From NCBI RefSeq assembly GCF_009914755.1, contig NC_060933.1: a DNA stretch of 64,000 nt, one strand, 5' to 3'. The notes beneath the pieces were generated by a model, which did no database searches, was not told where the DNA came from, and worked only from the letters and a program-made list of their open reading frames with translations. The stretch's first letter is position 1; every line of letters begins with the position of its first letter. Shown piece after piece: positions 1 to 12,841 of the stretch. Made by a program: the position numbers and the translations under genes. The stretch is from the human T2T-CHM13v2.0 reference genome, Homo sapiens.

Positions 1-87
1 CTGGAGGTCAAGGCCCAGTGGCCTGTCCACTGACCTTGAGAACCACACATTTCTCTGTCATACACATCAAAAGAGCCAATACTTTTG

Positions 88-914
<827 letters not shown>

Positions 915-1186
915 GCCCCATGCTTTCTTTGTGACCACTCCCAGCCTGTTTCCCAACCTCCCACCCCACAGGGAGTATGAGGAGTAGCAGTGATGCCTGT
1001 GACAGAGGCAATGCCAGGCACTATGTGGTGTGGGTAAGGGGCAGGTTGTCACAGGAGCTGCCATCCAGCAGGTGTCCTGATACCCAACAGGGAAGCTGAG
1101 GCTGGGGGCCTGACCTTGGTGCCCTGCCCTGACCCACAGCCAGCCCCCCTGGCCTGATCTTCCCTGGCACCCCCTTGTACCCTCAG

Positions 1187-1340
1187 TTCCGGAACCCCAA
1201 GGCATCCTTGCGTGTGCGGCTCTGTGACCTCCTGAGCCACCTGCAGCGGAGCGGTGAGCGGGACTGCCAGGAGTTCTACCGAGCCCTGTATATCCATGCC
1301 CAGCCCCTGCACAGCCGCCTGCCCAGCCGCCACGCTCTGC
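1187..1340 (+). CDS. CARD19: CARD19 internal coding exon (C-terminal part of the CARD domain); upstream exons lie outside the window
   Basis: Acceptor cctcag ends at 1186 and donor gtaagt starts at 1341. The 154 nt encode FRNPKASLRVRLCDLLSHLQRSGERDCQEFYRALYIHAQPLHSRLPSRHAL, which I recognise as human CARD19/BinCARD. Confidence 0.96.
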
Positions 1341-2497
1341 GTAAGTTCCACATCACCAACCATGCATGCTTGGTGCTGGCCCGGGGAGGGCACCCCAGCC
1401 TGCCGTTGATGGCATGGATGTCCTCCATGACCACCCAAGTCTGCTGCAGCCCAGGCCTGGCATCCCCTCTCGCCTCAGCCCCTCCCCAGAGGCCACCCTC
1501 TGGCCCCGAGGGGAGAGTGTGGCAGGCACAGGCAGTGCAGATGTTGGTCTCTGTCTCCCACTTTCTCCCCCTTCCTCCGTCTCTCTCTCATGGCAGTTTT
1601 CACACAGCATGGGGCATCTTATACGTCCACTCTTGCCCTTCCTTTTCTAACCTCATTCCACGGGGATCCCTTCATGTCTGTGTGGACAGCAACCTTGTTC
1701 CCACAGCTGCATGGCGCTCCTAGGCGGTCCCAGCTGGAATTACCCAACCCCATGACGGACCCTTTCATTGCAGCGATCTGCACACGTGTGGGTGTTTCCA
1801 TAGGACATTGTCAGGCACGGATGGCTGGTCCGAAGCACGTGCATTTCAGTTTTGAGGCTCCTGTCCTCAGGCAGTGTGGACTCAGGCCCTGGGAGTCATG
1901 TGGATGCCAGTAGCCTGGGCCCACAGAGCTGCTGGGATGTGGGGGGCATATCAAGTTGAAGATGGCAACTCTGATCTGACGCCTCTGTGCTCAGGGCCCC
2001 TGGAGGAGGGGCTACTGCCCCTTGGCCCTTAGACAACAGGACAGAGACCAGAGGGACTGGGCGGCTTGTCCCAGGCTACTGGGCTGTGGTCTCTGACCCC
2101 CTGGAGGCCTCCCCACGCCTCACAGAACACAGTGCAGACGGTGGGCGGGGAGAGCTCGAGGGGAGGCCCAGCCCTGCAGGTGGGACTGGCTCTCCCTCCC
2201 CAGCCACGAGTATGCCACAGGGGGCTTTCAAAACCAGGCAGGGCCAAGCCTTGGCCCCACTGGAGGTAGAGCACCTTCTGTGGCTCCCGGGTGCCTTTAG
2301 GCCCGTCCAGGAGTTGGAGCAGAGGAGAAGACCCAGACTGTGCATAGTTCCCTGAGGAGGGCTAGCCTCAGGTGCCACAGCCTGGTTCGGCCTGGCGGCC
2401 CCAGGACGCAGCAGCAACCTTGGGCTTCCTGCGGGGTGACTACCTTGCCCTCCGGCCCTGCCCGTTGACTAACTATGCTCTGTGGTTTTGTTTCCAG

Positions 2498-2557
2498 AGA
2501 ACTCAGATTGCACAGAGCTAGACTCGGGCAGCCAGAGCGGCGAGCTGAGTAACAGGG
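2498..2557 (+). CDS. CARD19: CARD19 linker exon (60 nt, phase 1-1)
   Basis: Branch-point-like gactaac at 2467-2473, acceptor ggttttgtttccag, donor gtaaca at 2558. Encodes (Q)NSDCTELDSGSQSGELSNR(G), in frame with the flanking exons. Confidence 0.94.
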
Positions 2558-2835
2558 GTAACACCTCCCTGCTGCCCCTCCCTCTCTCTCCCTCTCTCTC
2601 CCTCTCTCTTTACCCTCCCCAGGGCTCCATCTCCGCCTCAGGGGCTTCTCCACCCCAAGTCTGGCTCCATTCCTGGCCTTCTGTTGGTGACAGACCCCCC
2701 CCTAAGGTGCTCGTTTGGGGGCTCTTCAGGCAGCACCTCAGCCTGGCACCCCCACTCCCCTGCACAGCCCCCAGGCCTCAGGACCCCACCCCTCTGAGGC
2801 CCAGGGGAGCCCTGTTCACGCTGGTTTCTCCCCAG

Positions 2836-2907
2836 GACCCATGAGCTTCCTGGCTGGCCTGGGCCTTGCTGTGGGACTGGCCCTGCTCCTGTACTGCTAT
2901 CCGCCAG
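2836..2907 (+). CDS. CARD19: CARD19 transmembrane exon (72 nt, phase 1-1)
   Basis: Acceptor tttctccccag, donor gtgggt at 2908. Encodes (G)PMSFLAGLGLAVGLALLLYCYPP, a hydrophobic helix. Confidence 0.94.
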
Positions 2908-3609
2908 GTGGGTGCAAGCGGATCCTCATGGGGCTGGGCCTGCCTCCCCTCTGCCACCAAGCCAGGGCCCCAGACCCTGCCCAATTTGGGACCCCTTGGC
3001 CTCTTCGTACCTCGGTGTCCACACTTGTGCAGTGGGATGGTGTCACCTCGCAGGGCTCCTGAGAAAGGGGATGTGAGGAGGCTCCCAGCGTCCACTGGCC
3101 CCTGCCACCCTTGGGAACCAGAGAATGATGACCTCTAGCGGGAGGAGGGGTGCAGCCAGGACTCTGGGTGTTACAAAGCCCTGCCACATCTGTGACCTTG
3201 AACCATGTGGGGCCCTTGAGCAGGTCACGTGCCCCAGGGCCTTGGGTCTCTCCAGCAGCCACAGGCCTGATGCACAGGAACCTTCCAGGGCCCCTCTACT
3301 GGCACCCAGCCTGGCCTGCCCCGTCTCCCTTTTCTGTGATGCCTGAGTTTGTCGTGCTGGGAGGCTTACTGGGTGAGGGGACACAGGCACACATGGCAGG
3401 ACTCAAAGGCCCGTGGGTCACTCGGGTGGGAGCTGGGGGCTCTGGAATCTGCCCTAATTCTTGTCTTTTCAACTCAAGCCGAGACCATGACCGGGAGGGA
3501 GCACCCTGTCCCAGTGCCTGTTCCCACCCACCCCCGCAGGAGGGATGGAAACACAGAATTCACCTCTGGGACTGGTTCTTGAGCTTTTGCCTCCCCTTTT
3601 GTCTTCTAG

Positions 3610-3725
3610 ACCCCAAGGGCCTGCCAGGGACCCGGCGCGTCCTCGGTTTCTCGCCTGTCATCATCGACAGACATGTCAGCCGCTACCTGCTGGCCTTCCT
3701 GGCAGATGACCTAGGGGGGCTCTGA
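3610..3725 (+). CDS. CARD19: CARD19 last coding exon
   Basis: Acceptor cttttgtcttctag. Encodes (D)PKGLPGTRRVLGFSPVIIDRHVSRYLLAFLADDLGGL, with TGA at 3723-3725. The four exons total 402 nt = 133 aa + stop, consistent with the 183-aa isoform if 50 aa are encoded upstream. Confidence 0.95.
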
Positions 3726-3879
3726 CAGACCCTGGACCCAGGGCCTCACCTGCCACTCAACCAAAGAGTCCTCGAGCCGGCCCGCCAAGGGGACTGCTGC
3801 TTCTTTTTCTAAATGCATATTTTTCATTATTTATAATTTGTGTAAAAAACACACCTTCACCTTACAAGGTGCTGACCAT

Positions 3880-3885
3880 ATTAAA
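3880..3885 (+). terminator. CARD19: CARD19 polyadenylation signal ATTAAA; 3' UTR about 3726-3900
   Basis: ATTAAA lies 155 nt after the stop and is preceded by a U/A-rich patch (tttttcattatttataatttgtgta, ~3820-3844) in otherwise GC-rich DNA. Confidence 0.8.
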
Positions 3886-4131
3886 TGTTCAAGTTCTCTC
3901 AGCCTGCCTCATTCCTCAGTCTCAGGGGTGTTTCAGAGATGACTGCAGCTATGGCTGCTCCAGCTGGGGCTGGCCCTGGTATTCCCAGCATCCCCACATC
4001 CAGCTGCTGGCACAGACCCCCCAGACAGGACGCCCTCCACATGGACTCACCTGCCTCGGATAAGCCGCCAGGCACTGCCTCCCCACCTCAGATGTTCCCC
4101 ACACTGCCCCCTCCTCACACCTCATGTGCCC

Positions 4132-4156
4132 CACACACACACACACACACACACAC
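4132..4156. repeat. (CA)n microsatellite; others at ~19420-19545 (degenerate) and 34480-34516 (Alu tail)
   Basis: Direct reading. Confidence 0.9.
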
Positions 4157-5856
4157 CCACTCCCCCCACCCCAGCTGCTGAGCCTGGACCGGACACCTGA
4201 TTCCCTCCCCTTGTCAGCTCCTCCCCCAAGCCTTTTTGTGGGGAAACGAGAATATTTGTCAACCCACAGAATCATCATGAGTTTGCATTTTCCAGGGGGT
4301 TTCTGGAGGCACCCAGGCTTTGCCCCAGAAGGTGCTGGGAACCCCTAATGCTGGGGCGATGCCACTGGCAGGGCGAGGCTATGGGTGCAGCTCCTGGAGG
4401 GACCCTGCTCAGTCGCAGGGTCCCAGCGCACATGACAGTGGGAACCAGGCTGCCGGTGGAGTATGGAGCTCCAGGACATGACATCCCATTACCATGCAGC
4501 CCTGCTGCTTGGGTCATCACAGTGCCTGCCCCTTCAGGGAACTGAGGGCCAGGGGCAAGGAAAGCCAGTGCCTCAGAGCCCTCCCACCTGCCAGGCTGCC
4601 ATGCGCCCACTGAGTGGGGTGGCCGGGGGACAGCCCTAGCTGCCCTCTCCCTCCTCCACCCTGAGCCACGGGGCCAGGGCCTGTGCTCCAGTCTCAGCCC
4701 CTTTGCCCACCTGTGAAATGGGATCCCTCCCTTGGGACTCCTCCTTGAGCCTGCGCTGTCACAGCACCCCCTCCCCCTCAGAAATCCTTTTAGGAATTTA
4801 CCACCTTGCTACAGATGCCTTTAATGCCTGGGTAAAGGAGACACACTTAGTGAAGGTGACAGGTGTCTGGGTGAAGGGTGTAGACAGGTGTGACTTGCCC
4901 CTGGAGGGTGAAGGAGGGGTCTCCAGGGACAGTAACATTCTATGACTGCGTCAGCTGAAGGTAGGAAACCTCCGAGGCAGGCAGGGCACAGGCCAGTGTG
5001 TGGCCTGGGCAAGTCCTAGGTGGCCCCACCTGAGGCCGTGGAGGACACACGCACCTCCTCAGGGCTGCCTGACATGACCTGAGGCCCTGATTCCCCAGGC
5101 CGCTTGGGCAGGGTGTCATTCCTCAGTGAGGGGCTGCCTGGCCCGAGGACTGCTGACTCCCCTGTCCATCTGTGTGCACCCACCGCCCTCCCCCGAGGCC
5201 CATGTCAGCCAGGTCCTGAGCCCCACTGTCCTTGGACTGCCCTCCCAGCGCCCAGCTACCCCCAGCTCCATCCCTGACCAACTGGACTCAAGCCTGGGGC
5301 TGAGTCTGTGACATCCTCGACCACCAGCCAGGCCTACTCTTGCATCTGCCGCCTCCCGCCTGGTGGTTGCCCCACCCTTTGAGGCTGGAACCTGGAGGAG
5401 GGAGAATGATAAGCGCCCATGTCTGCGCCTCAGCCGCCCATCAGGCCCAGCTCTGCTAACCACCGGGCCAACCAGTTCCTGTGACCAGCAGTGAACTAGG
5501 TCCCCAGGGGAGGGGAAGGCACCCTTGGGCACGTGAGGCCCTCCTGGCTGCCCTGAGTCCCCGCTTCCACACTACACCCACAGATGGCCGTGTCCTGCGC
5601 CTCCACACCTGTGCTGCAGGTGTTCAGGCAAAAACCGTGCTGCTCCCTCGGCTTGGGACTCCTTACCAGCCCCTCTCATCAACTCATCCTTCAGGAATGC
5701 CACTTCCTCCAGGAAGCCCTCATGATACCCCAGTAAGAAGAGCAGTTTCCTCCAAGCTACCACACCTGAACATGGGATGCTGTTCTGACATCCAGAACTG
5801 TGCAGGAGCTGGTAGGAGATGCTGGGGTCGAGGGAACTCCCATTACCAAAGCTTTG

Positions 5857-6703
5857 GTGTGAGGGAGGGGTTGTGGGAGAGCTGGAGGTGAAATGCAGAG
5901 GGTTGTGAGGGAGAGTGAGTGAAGGAAAGAGGGGTAGTGAGGAAGGGGGTGTGGATGAGGGAGGGAGATGAAGGAAGGGGAATGAGGGGGTGTGTGAGGT
6001 AGGTGAGGAAGGAGATGAGGGAGGGGGTGAGGTAGGGGTGAGGGAGGGGGGTGAATGAGGGGTGAGGGAGGGGTGAGGGAGGGGGTGAAGGAGGGGTGAG
6101 GGAGAGGTGAGGGAGGGGTGAGGGGGGTGAAGGAGGTAGGTGAAAGGGTGTGAGGGAGAGGTGAGGGAAGGAGTTGGGGGGAGGGAGGGGTGAGAGAGGG
6201 AGTGAGGGAGAAGGTGAGGAGGGGTGAGAGAGGGTTAGGGAGAGGTAAGGGAGGGGTAAGGGAGGGGGTGAGGGAGGAGGTAAGGGAGGTGATGAGGGAG
6301 GAGTGAGGGAGGGGATGAGGGAGGAGTGAGGGAGGGGATAAGGGAGGGGTGAGAGAGGGGGTGAAGGAGGAGTGAGGGAGGGGTGAGGGAGGGGGTGAGG
6401 GAGGGGTGAGGGGGTGAGAGACGGGTGAAGGAGGGAGGGGGTGAGGGAGGGGTGGGGGTGAGAGACGGGTGAAGGAGGGAGGTGGAAGTGGGTGAGGGAG
6501 AGGTGAGGGAAGGAGTTGAGGGAGGAGAGAGAGAGTGAAGGAGAGGGTGAAGGAGAGTGAAGGAGGGCATGGGGGGGTGAGGGAGGGGTGAAGGAGGGAG
6601 GTGACGGGGTGAGGGAGAGGTGAGGGAAGGAATTGAGGGAGGAGGGAGGGAGGGAGGGGTGAGGGTGGGGGTGAGGAAGGGGTGAGGGAGGGGTGTTGGG
6701 GGA
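5857..6703 (+). repeat. G/A-rich low-complexity tract of degenerate GGGGTGAGGGA-type units
   Basis: About 850 bp almost without C on the + strand. It generates the spurious Pro/Ser/Leu ORFs 5843..6802 and 6235..6735. Confidence 0.95.
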
Positions 6704-7650
6704 CCTAGTATGGAACCCAGGAGTATATTTGTCACAGGTCAGCAAGGACACAGGGCACTTGAGCTCAGAGGCCGGAAGTATAGCTGGTCTTGCACAATCC
6801 ACGGTACCGGTCTGGGAGAAATGACCCTGCTGACTACAAACACAGGCTGGGTTTTGGGGGTGCTGACGCAGCTTTGTTGTGCTGCTGCTTCCAGTTCTGC
6901 CGGCTCAGTGCCTTGTGACTGGGGCCGGTGGCTCCTCCATAGAGGGCTCACAGGGGTCCTGCCCACTCAGTGCCTCTCACACCTCTGCACAAACCCTGGG
7001 TCTCAGCAGCCACAGGGTTCTGGCCTTCCTTGGGTGAGCCTGGACACCCACCCTCATGCAGACAGGTTCAGAATCTGGGAGGGGGTCCAGCCTCTTGTGC
7101 GCCCTACTGTCCCCCACACCTGAGGGGCACTCGGGAGACAGAGTACTGGGGGCATGCTGTTGTCACCACGGCCTGCTGGGGTCATGTCACAGCTCAGAGC
7201 CTTGGTCCCCCCAGCTGTAACGTTAGCATGAGAATGGGGACTCTGGCAGTCGAGGAACACCCACCCTCCCGCAGCCTGGCTGGGCAAGTGCTGGATGGGG
7301 GTTGCAGTGGGACCCCAAATCTTGATCAGATCTGGGGAGGGGACCCTAGCACTACCTTGCAGGGGGGTGAGGGACCAGGGGTGGGTCTCCACAGACCCTA
7401 CTGCAGCCACAGGTGTGGAGGGAGTGGGCTACACTGGCCTAAAACTGGCCTGAAGACAGCTGGTGGGAGAACCCGGCTGTTCACTGGCTGGAAGGACGAG
7501 GACGTGCTGGGCTGGGGGCCACAGAGGCTGCAGCTGGTGGGGCAGCTTCCTGCGGTCACAACAGGTCAACAGCACCTGGAGTTAGTGTTTCCTCTAAAGT
7601 AAAGTATTTGAGAGAAAGAGAAGAAAAATATGAAAGCATTCAGACCTCTA

Positions 7651-8550
<900 letters not shown>

Positions 8551-9109
8551 AGTCCTATGATTGTTAAGAATAATGCAGTGCCAAAAAAAAAAAAAAAAAA
8601 AGAATAATGCAGTGAAGAAACAGGCACTCCACTCTGATTGAACACAGGTGGAAGAGGAGGCCCTAGGAAATGGAGGGGAGGGCTGGGCGTAGGGTGTGGC
8701 GTGGGTTCTGTCACAAATGGCCAATACACCCAGAATCAGGTGCTCCTCCCTGCCTGGCCGTACCAGGCCTGGGCCCAGCACCTTGAATGGAGGTCCAGTT
8801 GCCTCCCCACTCATCTGACATGAGCTGCCCTCATCCTTACTCTGCACATGTGGAATGAATGGGCCAGGTCCTTCAAGGATGAACCAGATAGAAAGCACTG
8901 CCCTGGGAGAGGGAGCCTGTAGATCCAACAAGACTTAGAAGACACTTCCAGTGCTTTTAGGTGGGCAGGAATAAGCAGTGTCAAGGACACGCACAGGGCA
9001 CCTAAGCCATGAAGAGACCTGAGCAAGGGATCCCTGTAAGGGAGTGAGGGGCCGAGACTGGGCTTCGGGCTGGCACAGCGGTACCTCTTCACCTTGGAAC
9101 AACCCACTG

Positions 9110-9415
9110 AGATCTATGCCTGCCTTCACATCTATCTTCTATCCGTCATCTATCAAGCTATCCATATGTCATCTATTTCTCATCTATCAGTCAATCTTTT
9201 CATCTTTTACTCTTTTCCATCAAATACAACAGCTTCTATCAATCATCTCTATCTAATCATCCATCTGACCATCCAGCATCTATCATCTATTATCTATCTA
9301 ATCTATCTAATCATCTAATCTATCTGACCATCCATCCATCATCCGTCCGTCCGTCTGTTCATCCATCCATCCATCCACCCACGTATCTACCATCTATCAA
9401 TCTATCTAATAATCT
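9110..9415. repeat. Degenerate (TCTA)n/(TCCA)n simple repeat
   Basis: Runs of atct/atcc units. Confidence 0.9.
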
Positions 9416-12113
9416 CTCTGTTATAGGAAAGAGGTTAGGAAACCCTCCCATCACACTCTGCCCAGTTGGTCATCTCCAGCTCTATGCGACTGCCCCTACC
9501 TGCCCCCGCACCTCACTGCTTCCCCAACACCAGCCCAGCTCACAGGACTTGTGCAAAGGCTTCCTTGCCCTCAAACCTTCTTCCCAGACTTCTGCATGGC
9601 CCCTCGCCATCATCCCAGGTCACCTACTGACCTCCCTGCCCATTCCTCCTGAGCTCCCTGTGTGTCCCTCCATGTCCCCCCCCACCACCCAACTTCGTGG
9701 GTGCATCTTGTTCACTTTCCAGGTCCCCCGTGAGAACAGAGCTGAATCCACGGGCAGGACTGGCTGGAGTGGATACATCAGGTCCCAGGACCCCATAGGC
9801 GCTGTCAAACCTTCCCAGAAGGTAGCTTGGCTCTGAGCAGCTCCTGGGCCTGTTTTTTGTCTGTCCCTTGGCTGCTGTGACACATGCACAGGGCCTAGCA
9901 CATACAGGCAAGTGAGTGGGTTCTGCCCCAGACATTTACTGAGCACCTACTATATGCTGGACAGTGCTGAGGACACAGGCTGCAGATAGGTGATGGCATC
10001 TGGTAGGAGAGCCAGGTCAGACAAAGGATCCTTAAGTAGGAGAAGCACAGACAGGGATGCGGGTGCCAAGCCATGCCCCCAGCTCCAGCAGAGCCCCTTG
10101 GCCCTCAGGAGACCCAGCAGGCAGAACACTCATTCTCGGAGTGCCTGCCCTGGACTTGGGCTGGACTCAGACTCCAGCTCCAGGGGAGAGTCCACCTGGC
10201 CGCACTGTCTCTGGCAACATGGACAGTGACTCCATCCCAAGGCACCAGAGCATAAATTGTAATGGGGCCAAGACAGTGATCAGGGAGGGGCGGCATCAGA
10301 CTGGTCAGGACGGCCTCTGGAGTAACCTTAGAGCTAAGCCCCGGCCAGCCGACGGGGGCCTGGAAGGATGCTCTTCAGGGGGCAGCAGCACAGGCTGAGG
10401 ACTGAGATGGGAACCCCAGAAGTCAGGGTCAGAGCTGGTGGAGTGGTTGGTGAATAAGCCTGGGAGTTGGTGGGCAGGGAGGTTGGGGGCGGCCAGCATG
10501 GGCGTCTGAGTAGGGGAGGCCACCTGGGCATTGGGACTGCAGGGGGTCAGGGCGCACACATCCAACTGGGGATGGCCCAGGGCCCAGCACAGTCATCTGG
10601 GTTCACCCCTCCGACTCGGTCCCAGTGAACTTCCTCTCCTGGCCAAAGGAGGAGCTAAGACATGTGTTGGCCAACATCCGGCTGCTGGTGTGTGAGGCCA
10701 GGCACACAGGGGGCCCTCCCTCCTGCCTGGCTGCCAGCCAGCCCACACTGCAGGCCATGGCCAAATCAGGGACCAAGCGCTGGGCGGCATGCATCTGAGT
10801 CAGCGCTGGCCACGCAACCTGCGGCCAATGCTACATTGCCTCCTGTCAGGAGCACATTTCGCACCCACCGTATACCTTCGCAGCTTCCTTTTCAACTCAG
10901 CACATCTCAGAACTCATTCCCATATCAACTACTTTTCAAACCCTCTATGGGACAAACACAAAAGTGGAGAGAGCAGTGCCACGAGCTCAGCTTCTCGGCA
11001 TCCACGCGGTCCACCTACTCAGTAGTTGCTGTTGTTTTCCCCCGGGAGTGCTTTAGAGCAGAGCCCAGTTAGACCCCCCTCACTCAGGAGTGCTTCTGCT
11101 TTCTGTCACTTCAGCAATGGGGCTATGCAGACCTGATGTCAGCCCAGACACAGGACTGCAGGTGGGGGCCACTCATCCATCCGAGGAACGGGAGCTGGAG
11201 CCACCCCAAGTCACGGGGCTCAGCCCAGATGGGGACAGAAGAAAAGTGATGAGGAAGTAAGTGGGGGCCTCAGTAGTGCTGGAGGCCTTGCCCCCTCCCC
11301 TGTGCCCCTGGAAGGCTGCTTGGAGGAGGAAAGGGCAGAGGCTGGCAGGAGATGCACAGGTACCTCAGCTGGAGGGGCCAGGTCGGGGGACCCACAGCGG
11401 GGACACAGAGGCAGTGCGGGATGGAGGACGGGGCAGGCTGACCCCACTCCCACCTCAGGCCACCAGATGCTCCACATCCAGGGAGATGAGGGGCTGGGGC
11501 TGGGAGGGGCGGTGGGGAGAACAGAATGGGTAGTGGGGGGTTGGGGAAGGATGGGGGACCAAGGAGAAGAGAGTGAAACGCCAGACACTGGCGGCCCGGG
11601 AGCCAGGTTTCCACTGGGTGAGGGGTCCTGTGGGGCAGGTGGGCCCTGAGAGTCCAGGGCCTGGTCCCGGCATGGCTCCCAGCTCCCCTGTGCCCAGAGA
11701 ATGTCCCCGCTGACCACAGGCATCACTGGACACCACTGCGGGGAAGCAGCAACTTCAAACTTGGTAGAGGAGAGACTCAGGGGCAGCACCTCAAGGCCTG
11801 TCCACAGGCGGGGGCAGGAAAACAGTGCTGGAAACATGTGAGGGGGAAAACGACGCCGCTCCCCACCTGACCCTGCCTGGGTCAGAGGTCACTAGGGGCT
11901 GCTGATGCCAGTGACCTCAGACTTCCACCTCTGTGCCTCCAAACCTCACCCCAGGAGATGTCAGGAGCCAAAGAGCTCCCCAAGCCAAGATTCTGGAGAA
12001 GGCGGCCCTGGCCAGAACCGTGTGCTTCTGACGCCCCTGCAGGGCAGCTGGAAAGGGGACAGGGAAGCCAAGGCCGGTCCAGCCCCGGGAACAGGGAGAT
12101 GGCATGTGGAGCC

Positions 12114-12841
12114 TGACAAAGAGCGTGGGCTTTATTGTTCATTCATGATTAGAAAAGTGGGTGCTGGGACCCCCGTGGAGGGGGTTGGGCTCTGCCCGGT
12201 CACTGCTGGTGCAGGGTATATACAAGGTCTACGGCCCTCACAGGCCTGACTGGCTCCCTCTTGATGGCCACCAAGCCCAGGCACTTTAGACCAGAGCCAG
12301 TGGCCATCCGTAGGGCCAAAGGCAGTTCTGGCTGTGCAGGGTCCCTGGGTTAGGAAGTGGACAGAGGCTGGGGTCACCAGGGCAACCCGGACAGGGCCCA
12401 CGGGAGGCAGGGACGCTGGTGCTTTGGGAGAGGGAGAGACATCTCCTTGTCCTTCTGGAATGTCCTGAGACAGAGGCTGGCCCTGGTCACTCATCCAGCC
12501 CATCCACGGACCTGCTGTGTGTCCTTGAGTGGGTCGAGACCCTTCTCTGGGCACAGGTCTCTGCAGCTGTCCAGTTCTGACCCTCTGGGCTATTGTGGCC
12601 AGCCCCCATGTGCCAGGAGGGAGCTGCCTCCTGGGAACAGCTGCTGAGAGACAAGAGTGGCCTCCTGCGTGGTGCTTGGCCGCAGTCAGAGCAAGGGCTG
12701 GTCCGGGGACATGGTGCAGATGAGGCCAGCCTGGGCTCTGGCAGTCTGGGTAGTGCCATGTGCAGGGAGGTGGACACCTCACAGGTATGGCGACTCCTGG
12801 GGTCGGGCAGCTGAGTTGCAGGGCAGGCAGCATCCAGGGTC
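12114..12841 (-). other. NINJ1: NINJ1 exon 4 (3' UTR exon); 3' end approximate
   Basis: Acceptor ctctgtctcctttccag|gaccctgg and AATAAA at 12136-12131. This matches my recollection of the mRNA continuing gacacccag-gaccctggatg. Confidence 0.85.
12131..12136 (-). terminator. NINJ1: NINJ1 polyadenylation signal AATAAA
   Basis: tttatt on the + strand, with a CA dinucleotide about 16 nt downstream. Confidence 0.85.

Noticed and set aside
3150-3609. Upstream part of the 191-aa ORF in frame with the last CARD19 exon
   Set aside because: It is intronic, has a non-ATG start and is GC-rich. Read-through from the TM exon stops at 3062.
5843-6802. 319-aa Pro/Ser/Leu-rich ORF on the - strand
   Set aside because: It is a translation of the C/T-rich strand of a low-complexity tract that rarely forms stop codons.
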